From assembly GCA_963724725.1 (NCBI GenBank), contig CAVRVT010000004.1, forward strand, positions 3,048,892 through 3,080,891: a stretch of 32,000 bases of DNA, given 5' to 3'. Shown here piece after piece: positions 25,712-32,000 of the stretch (its first letter is position 1; each line of letters begins with the position of its first letter). Origin of the DNA: an uncultured Acidobacteriota bacterium. Its GTDB lineage: Bacteria; Acidobacteriota; Vicinamibacteria; Vicinamibacterales; CAVVIG01. The notes beneath the pieces were generated by a model, which saw only the letters and a program-made list of their open reading frames with translations, was not told the DNA's origin and made no database searches. A program made the position numbers and the translations under genes.

Positions 25712-26539
25712 ATGCCACGAGCACTGTGGAAGGGTTCGCTCGCTTTCGGACTGGTCAACATTCCAGTCGAGCTTCACACCGCCGTCCGGGATCACCGGCC
25801 CAGGTTCCGTCTGCTCCACGCGAAGGACAAGTCGCCCATCCGCTTCGAGCGCGTCTGCATCCGCGACGGTCACCCGGTCGCATGGGAGGACCTGGTCAAG
25901 GGCTACGAGCTGTCGAAGGGTCAATTCGTGGTCCTGACGCGTGACGACTTCAAGGCGGCAGCCGTCGAGAAGACGAAGACCGTGGACATCATCGACTTCG
26001 TGAAGGCCGACGCCATCGACGATCGGTTTTTCGAAGTGCCGTACTACCTGCTGCCCGTTCGCGGCGGCGAACGATCGTACGCGCTGTTGCGCGAGGCGAT
26101 GCGCGAGTCGGGTTGTATCGGCATCGCGAAGTTCGTGCTGCGCGATCAGCAGCATCTCGCGGCGGTTGAAGTGATTGGCGACGCCCTCGTCCTGACCGTC
26201 ATGCGCTTTGCGGACGAGTTGGTGGACGTCACCCGGTTCGACTTGCCGCGCGCCGAGGTTCGCAAGCCGGAGCTCGCGATGGCGAGAACGCTCATCGGCA
26301 ACCTCGAAGCCAAATGGGACCCTTCGAAGTACTCCGATCAGTATCGGGAGAATCTCCTGCGAATCATCCGCGGGAAGGCGAAGGGGAAGACGGTGAGACT
26401 CGACACCGCGGAGGAAGAGCGTCCTGCGAACGTCGTGGACCTGATGGAACGCCTGCGTCAAAGCCTCGAAGGTTCGAAGGGTAACCGGCGAACCTCTCGA
26501 ACCCCGCGAACCAGGTCGAAGCGACATCGAGCAGCCTAG
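25712..26539 (+). CDS. ku: Ku homologue, non-homologous end-joining DNA end-binding protein
   Basis: WKGSLAFGLVNIPVELHTAVRDHRPRFRLLHAKDKSPIRFERVC...LVKGYELSKGQFVVLTRDDFKAA...TVDIIDFV: bacterial Ku core. Confidence 0.95.
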   Translation: MPRALWKGSLAFGLVNIPVELHTAVRDHRPRFRLLHAKDKSPIRFERVCIRDGHPVAWEDLVKGYELSKGQFVVLTRDDFKAAAVEKTKTVDIIDFVKADAIDDRFFEVPYYLLPVRGGERSYALLREAMRESGCIGIAKFVLRDQQHLAAVEVIGDALVLTVMRFADELVDVTRFDLPRAEVRKPELAMARTLIGNLEAKWDPSKYSDQYRENLLRIIRGKAKGKTVRLDTAEEERPANVVDLMERLRQSLEGSKGNRRTSRTPRTRSKRHRAA

Positions 26540-26688
26540 GTCGTCGGATACGTCGTGGTGACGATTGGCGCCGCCCTCGCCGGCTTCGTCCAGTTCGACT
26601 CACCGCCGCCGGACAGTAAGCGCGAAGACTCCTCCGACGGAGCGCGAGGCCTCAGCCGGGCGTCGACGCTTCCGGCGAGCGTGAGATA

Positions 26689-27138
26689 ATGACGCGCATG
26701 ACGTTTCTTCGCCCGACCGCCGCGCTCGTCGCTGCGACGGTCGCGATCGCGCTGTTCGCCGCGGGCTGCACGGACGCGCCGGCCACACCATCCCCCAATG
26801 CGCCCTTCAGCCAGACCGATCTGGTCCTCGGCAACGGCGCCACGGCCACGAGCGGCGGCACGCTCACCGTCAACTACACCGGCTGGTTCTACGATGCGAG
26901 TAAGCCGGATTTCAAGGGATTACAGTTCGATTCGTCGATTGGAGTGGCGCCGTTCACGTTCGCGCTTGGCAGCGGGCAGGTCATCAAAGGCTGGGATCAG
27001 GGCGTCCCGGGCATGCGCGAAGGCGGCCAGCGCCGCCTCGTCGTTCCGCCGTTGCTGGCGTACGGCAATACGCGGAGCGGCGTCGTGCCGCCGAACACGA
27101 CACTCGTGTTCGACATCAGTCTCATCAGCGTCCAATAA
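26689..27138 (+). CDS. FKBP-type peptidyl-prolyl cis-trans isomerase, putative lipoprotein
   Basis: LFAAGC lipobox-like; VNYTGWFYDASK...FDSSIG..PFTFALGSGQVIKGWDQGVPGMREGGQRRLVVPPLLAYG. Confidence 0.95.
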   Translation: MTRMTFLRPTAALVAATVAIALFAAGCTDAPATPSPNAPFSQTDLVLGNGATATSGGTLTVNYTGWFYDASKPDFKGLQFDSSIGVAPFTFALGSGQVIKGWDQGVPGMREGGQRRLVVPPLLAYGNTRSGVVPPNTTLVFDISLISVQ

Positions 27139-27215
27139 CACATTGCGCATTGCGGATTGCGCACTGCGGATTCCTCGGACGCGGTGCCAATCCCCAATCC
27201 CCAATCCGCAATGGT
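27139..27215. repeat. Intergenic ATTGCGCATTGCGGATTG ... CAATCCCCAATCCCCAATCCGCAAT element
   Basis: Short motifs iterated and in inverted orientation, same vocabulary as 5990-6119. Confidence 0.65.
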
Positions 27216-27217
27216 GA

Positions 27218-28316
27218 TCAGCGCCCAATGTGGACGCGCATGCCGAAGAAGGCCATGCTCATCTGGTCGTCGACGCCGTCACCGAAGCCGTAGACCAGAT
27301 CGCCCTTGATCTGGGCGATGTTCACCTCGCCGTAGATGGCAATCCAATTGTTCACCCAGGCCTCGACGCCGCCACCTGCCAGCCAACCCCATCCCTGGGT
27401 TTTCTGGCCGAACGACTGCGTGCCGCCCGGCACGACCTGACTGACACCGTTGACGACAATGGTCTTGTCGTTGATGGTCTGGGTCGTGGTGTAGGTCGCC
27501 TCGTGGCGATTGGCACCACCGAGCCCGTACACACGCGTCGGTCCGAACGAGACGCCGCCCTTGCCCACGATCGTGAAGAGACGCGTCTGCACACGGCTGT
27601 CGAACGTATACCCCGTCGGCGTGCCGTTGACCGTCACGTCGGCGGGCCGGAAGTACCCGACCTGCGCAGCCATGAAGCGCGTGATCCAGGTACTCCGCGT
27701 CCAGCGAAAACGCGATGCCGTCATGGGTGTTGAGACACTGTGCGACGTCGCCGCAGGCCTTGTCGGCGACGTCGCCGAAACTCGACCCACCGACGGCGGC
27801 GGAGACCACCAGTCGCTTCGGCGGCGTGCCGTGCATCATCGTCGCTTTGCGCACGGCGCCCGGACCGCGAAGGAGCCACTCGGGCGGCGGCGGCCCCTGC
27901 GCCACGTGGACGGCGATGTTCGGCGTGATATCGATCACAAACGTGGTGACCGATCGCATGATGAAGATGCTGCCGGCGTCGACACGGCTGCAGCCCGGGA
28001 GTGCCGGCGCCGGCTGAAGACCGCGAGCGGCGAGCTGGACCCTGACACGATCGGCGCAACTGTCCACGAACACCAGGATGTCGGAGTCGGGCCGGTTGGG
28101 ACCGACCGACAGCGTCGCATCGCCGTTGGCGTCGGCCGTCCCGTTCGCCGCGGTGGTGCCGTTGAACGTGAGCTCGATCGCCGATCCCGTCGGCGCGCTC
28201 TGAACCATGACCGTCTGCGCCGCGGCGGGGCGGGCGCCCAGAACCGCGCCGAGTGCGACGGCGAGCGCCAGTCGTCGCCCCGGCCGATGAAAGGGGACTT
28301 CGTCGCGAAGGGACAT
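27218..28316 (-). CDS. Secreted/outer-membrane beta-rich hypothetical protein, split by an apparent frameshift near 27690
   Basis: N-terminal frame: signal peptide ALAVALGAVLGARPAAAQ ... NTHDGIAFSLDAEY; C-terminal frame continues WITRFMAAQVGYFRPADVTVNG...GAGG..VEAWVNNWIAIYGEVNIAQIKGD...MSMAFFGMRVHI. Confidence 0.75.
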
Positions 28317-28362
28317 TGCCACCGATTATGGTTCAGTCACGATCGCGCTGTCATGCGTTCGA

Positions 28363-28783
28363 CTAGGACGGCCGTCGTTTTCGACCTGAACGGCGGGGAC
28401 TTGCGCGCCGGGCGGAGTCGTGCTGCAGGTCCAGACTGCCCACCGCGTGCGGCAGCGCCGAGCGGAGTCGAAGCGGCGCCTTCAAGCGCCAGGACTGCAC
28501 CACGAGTTCGCGAAGCGCATGCCGATCGACCTTCGCCAGATTCACGATGATCGAATCCGTAGCCATCGTAGTGCGGCGTCGTGTAGTAGGCCGGCTCTCC
28601 GGACTCGAGCAGGCGCTGCTTCTCGTCGAGGCTGCACATGAGCACGAGACCGCCTTCGGCTTCAGTCCGGAGACGCGCGAATCCTTTCCCTGCGACCTTC
28701 AGTCCGATCGTCCCGTACCACGTCGCAACTTCGACCGCGGGCAGCGTCCTGGCGATCGCGACGACGTCCTTCCACGTCGGCAT
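28363..28783 (-). CDS. MmcQ/YjbR family protein, split by an apparent frameshift near 28560
   Basis: MPTWKDVVAIARTLPAVEVATWYGTIGLKVAGKGFARLRTE...YYTTPHYDGY then, in a different frame, DSIIVNLAKVDRHALRELVVQSWRLKAPLRL. Confidence 0.78.
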
Positions 28784-28867
28784 GTCAGGCGCCTCTCGGC
28801 ACTTCGAGTGTGCGTAGATCCGGTCGACGATGGCGCAGCACGGTGTTGACGCCACAATTGTAAGTGC

Positions 28868-29188
28868 GTGTGGCGCCATGGACGCGGGCCCAAGCCGGAT
28901 TTCGTATTTCCGCGTCCAAAGATAAAAGTCGTCGTCTACGAACGACCCGAGCGTTCGTGGGACTTCTGCACCGACGTCCACTGGACCAGGGTTCAGGAAG
29001 TGTGGCGAGCGGTTGCCGGCATCGCGACCGTGCAGGTCGTTCCGAGCGGCCGCAACAGGCCTTCCGAGCCGACGCACACGGCGATCGTCACCATCGACGA
29101 CGCGGAGTTCGTCAGCGCAACCGGCGCGCGGATCAAACAGACGCAGCCGATCCGTTTGACGGCGGCGTTCACGCCCTGGCCTCGCTGA
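28868..29188 (+). CDS. Hypothetical protein (weak)
   Basis: 106-aa ORF from GTG, VHWTRVQEVWRAVAGIATVQVVPSG...; fits between flanking genes; no recognised domain. Confidence 0.4.
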   Translation: MWRHGRGPKPDFVFPRPKIKVVVYERPERSWDFCTDVHWTRVQEVWRAVAGIATVQVVPSGRNRPSEPTHTAIVTIDDAEFVSATGARIKQTQPIRLTAAFTPWPR

Positions 29189-29190
29189 AG

Positions 29191-29646
29191 CTACTGCTTG
29201 TCGAAGGCGATCAGGATGTCCACATCGCCCTGTGGCGAGCTGATGTGGATGTTGCTGATGAGCATCTTGCCATCAGGCGAGAGGGTCATCTTGTCGTTGA
29301 ACATCAGACCCACGGCGTCCACCTTGGAGATGACAACGAGCGTGGTGTCGTCCCATTTCGCCGAGCTCTTGACCTCGGCGCCCTGCGATGTGAACATCGT
29401 GTCGCTGCCGTCGGTAGCGTACTTGCGAGTCGTGCTCGCGTCACCCATGTCAGAGCGCTGATCTTCGACGATGGTCAGCGCGGGTTCCGCATGCGTAATC
29501 GTTCGGCGGATCGAAGCCGGCGGCGGGAGCACGCCGAAGTCGCTTTTCGCCGGGTTCATCTTCCACTCACCCGAGAAATTCGGCTTCGACGGCGCCTGCC
29601 CGCCGACCGCGATCACGAACGCGAGGATGGTTCCGAGAACGTTCAT
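29191..29646 (-). CDS. Secreted lipocalin-like hypothetical protein
   Basis: Signal peptide, NFSGEWKMNPAKSDFGVLPPPASIRRTITHAEPALTIVEDQRS: repeated pattern of small secreted proteins in this group. Confidence 0.75.
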   Translation of the reverse strand: MNVLGTILAFVIAVGGQAPSKPNFSGEWKMNPAKSDFGVLPPPASIRRTITHAEPALTIVEDQRSDMGDASTTRKYATDGSDTMFTSQGAEVKSSAKWDDTTLVVISKVDAVGLMFNDKMTLSPDGKMLISNIHISSPQGDVDILIAFDKQ

Positions 29647-29989
29647 CACGGGCACGTACCCTCCCTGCCGGCGACTGCCGTCGGCCAGGTTTGTACCTCA
29701 GACGGAGGGCGTGCGCAAAGGTTCAAGCCCTACCGGAGGACCTTGACGTACCCGAACATGATGAACTGTCCGGCCCACAGGATCGAAGAAGAGTTGTTGG
29801 GGGAACGATCGAGCGGTTCCGACAAATCCCACTGTCCAAACGCCACGGTGGCGCTCGAGAGTGGTCCGTTGGCCTCGTCATCGTCCCCGTGATGGTGATC
29901 GGATTTCTGCAGCGGCCCCTGGCCCAGCTGCTGACCTGGTCCCTTGGCGCTGGCATTCGCGTCCGACCTAAAGCAACTTCAAGCCTGGA

Positions 29990-31792
29990 CTAATCGATTC
30001 CGAAGGCCAGCAGCACGTTGCCGGGTCGGCCAAGGTGATCGCCGTATCCCGAGTTGAGATACAACATCCCGCCGACAATCGTCGGTCCCGGTCCCTGGAT
30101 GGCGCCACCGCCCGCGCGGACGCCGTTGAGCGTCTCGAATTTTCGGTTGGTGTCGAATTCCCAGATGACGCTGCCGTCCGTCGTCGAATGCGCCCGGAGC
30201 GCGCCGTCGTTCGATCCGGAAAACAGGACGCCAGGGATCAGGGTCGGTGCCGAGATCAGTGCCGCGCTGCAGCCGGCGCCGCCCTCGCATTTGAGCGGCA
30301 ACGGCGCCACGTACCACGCGCGCTCCCCGGTTGTCAGGCTGACGGCGTGCAACCCTCCCGGTTTCGGCGTGCGAATGTCGGAGACCGGAAAATACGCCCG
30401 CTCGCCGTCGACGGCAGCCCCCCACTGGATGCCACCCCAGATCGATCCCTCACCGGCGCGGTACTGCCAGATGATCTCGCCCGCCTTGTCCGGATCAATC
30501 GCGAATGTCATCCCCGACTTCTGTCCGACGACGATCACGTCGCGTCCGTCAGGACGGGTGACCAGCATCGCGGGCGTGCCGATGTCGGCGTCCGGCCCCG
30601 GCTTTTCACCGCAGTTGGCGCCGCCGGCGCGGCAACCGAAGACGTCCTGCGCGGTCATCTGCCTGATCCACTTGATGGCGCCGGACGCCGGATCGACGGC
30701 GACGATGGCGTCGGCCGTCGGCTGGGCCGGCGCGCTGTACGTATTGCCCGTTGCGGCGTAGATCAGGTTTCGTTTCTCGTCGATCGTCGGCGCAGCCCAG
30801 ATGCCGACGCCCGCGGGGCCCCACAACGTGACGCCGGCCGCATTCTTCCCGACCGCCTGCGCCTCGGGCACCGTGAACGTCCGCCACAGCACGTCACCGG
30901 TTGTCGCGTCGAGCGCGTTCAGGCTGCCGCGAAACGTGCAGCACTGATAACCCTGCTGCCCCGCCGCGGTTTCCTCGATCGACGCAACCGGAACGAACAG
31001 TCGTCCTCGAAAGAGCGTCGGCGATCCGGTGATGCGCGCATGGGGATGTATGTCCATTGCGCGCGACCAGAGGACGCCGCCGGTGGCCGCGTCGAGCGCG
31101 TAGACGTTCGCGCCCGTGTCGCCGACATACACCGCGTAGCCATCGGCGTCGGAACGCCGGCCGAATGCAGGTGCCGTGCGGACGCCGCTCTTCGCCGTGA
31201 ACGTCCAGTAGATACAGCCGGTCTTCGCGTCGAGCGAGTAGACCGTTCCGTTCTGGCTGCCGACGAACAATCGCCCGCCCGCCACCGTCGGTTGCGACCA
31301 GGCAGATGTCGCGTCGGGAAATCCAAACGCCCACTTGAGGGAAAGCTTCGGCACCTGATCGGCCGTCAATCCCGCTTGTTGCGCGGGCTGGAATCGAGTG
31401 TTGGTCGGCGATGGCGACCACCCCGCCCATGACGGACTCGCGTCGGGATCGCCAATCGTCGTCGCGGACGCGCATCGGCCCATCGAGGCGCCTGTGATGT
31501 CGCCGCCGGGAAGACGCCCGCTCAAGTATTCGGCAACCGCGCGGCGCTCGGCGCCGGTGAGGCGAGCGCCCTGCGGCCGCATGCCGCCCGCAGTGAGTGA
31601 AGACAAGATGGCTTCGGGTGATCGCTGTTCGAGCAGCTCGGGCTTCGGCGCACGCGATCCCTCGGCGCCGTCATGACATGACGCGCAGTCGCGCGCGAAG
31701 ATCGCGGCACCATCCGGCGTCTGCGCCGAAATCCTGAGCGTAACCGCCGCCGTCAGGAAGGCGGCGGCAAGGAAGCACGTGGCGATCTTCAA
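29990..31792 (-). CDS. PQQ-dependent quinohemoprotein, polyvinyl-alcohol-dehydrogenase-like (N-terminal cytochrome c plus BamB-like propeller)
   Basis: Signal peptide; GAAIFARDCASCHDGAEGSRAP heme site; WSQPTVAGGRLFVGSQNGTVYSLDAKTGCIYWTFTAKSGVRTAP and further propeller repeats. Confidence 0.9.
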   Translation of the reverse strand: MKIATCFLAAAFLTAAVTLRISAQTPDGAAIFARDCASCHDGAEGSRAPKPELLEQRSPEAILSSLTAGGMRPQGARLTGAERRAVAEYLSGRLPGGDITGASMGRCASATTIGDPDASPSWAGWSPSPTNTRFQPAQQAGLTADQVPKLSLKWAFGFPDATSAWSQPTVAGGRLFVGSQNGTVYSLDAKTGCIYWTFTAKSGVRTAPAFGRRSDADGYAVYVGDTGANVYALDAATGGVLWSRAMDIHPHARITGSPTLFRGRLFVPVASIEETAAGQQGYQCCTFRGSLNALDATTGDVLWRTFTVPEAQAVGKNAAGVTLWGPAGVGIWAAPTIDEKRNLIYAATGNTYSAPAQPTADAIVAVDPASGAIKWIRQMTAQDVFGCRAGGANCGEKPGPDADIGTPAMLVTRPDGRDVIVVGQKSGMTFAIDPDKAGEIIWQYRAGEGSIWGGIQWGAAVDGERAYFPVSDIRTPKPGGLHAVSLTTGERAWYVAPLPLKCEGGAGCSAALISAPTLIPGVLFSGSNDGALRAHSTTDGSVIWEFDTNRKFETLNGVRAGGGAIQGPGPTIVGGMLYLNSGYGDHLGRPGNVLLAFGID

Positions 31793-31799
31793 GCCGGAG

Positions 31800-32000
31800 C
31801 TATTTGCGCGACGCCTGAGCGTTGTATTGCTGATCGGTCACCGGTTCCAGCCACTTGACGTCGCCTTCGTAGATCGTCAGCTGCAGCGCGTCCTGGTCGG
31901 GCGCCGCGCCGTGCCAATGCTCGACGCCCGCGGCCGTCCACCATGGCTGCCCCGGCCCCATCTCCTGAACCGAACCGCCGCGCACCTGCGTGCGCGCCTT
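31800..32000 (-). CDS. C-terminal part of a cupin-domain protein (5' end beyond window)
   Basis: RGGSVQEMGPGQPWWTAAGVEHWHGAAPDQDALQLTIYEGDVKWLEPVTDQQY*; open to the window edge. Confidence 0.8.
   Translation of the reverse strand, partial: KARTQVRGGSVQEMGPGQPWWTAAGVEHWHGAAPDQDALQLTIYEGDVKWLEPVTDQQYNAQASRK

Overview
High-GC bacterial chromosomal window. Gene content (TonB-dependent receptor with an N-terminal Cna/CarboxypepD_reg-like domain, VWFA-related 'Acidobacterial' protein, PQQ enzymes, cytochromes c, Cu type II monooxygenase-like protein, Tat-type D-threonine-aldolase-like protein) is most like Acidobacteriota; this taxonomic call is inference. About 20 protein-coding genes can be supported. 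No tRNA, rRNA, CRISPR array, transposase or recognisable defence or mobile island was seen. Main points of interest: (1) an interspersed REP-like 24-bp element, consensus CGCTCGGCTGAAGCCTCGCGCTCC, with at least 8 copies mostly just after gene ends, one pair forming a perfect 25-bp inverted repeat; (2) a second family of 'GCGGATTGCG / CAATCCGCAATCC' intergenic elements, one of which is read through as the N-terminus of a secreted protein; (3) a minus-strand cluster of CFA-synthase-like methyltransferase, geranylgeranyl-reductase-like FAD enzyme, and a class-III (lysine 6-aminotransferase-like) enzyme with a C-terminal GNAT-like region, possibly an uncharacterised lipid or amine pathway; (4) a tightly packed STAS / TonB-receptor / VWFA gene cluster; (5) five apparent single-base frameshifts in otherwise intact genes; (6) a lone 2-TM SLATT-like protein. 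I found no unambiguous new system; item 3 and the repeat family are the best leads.
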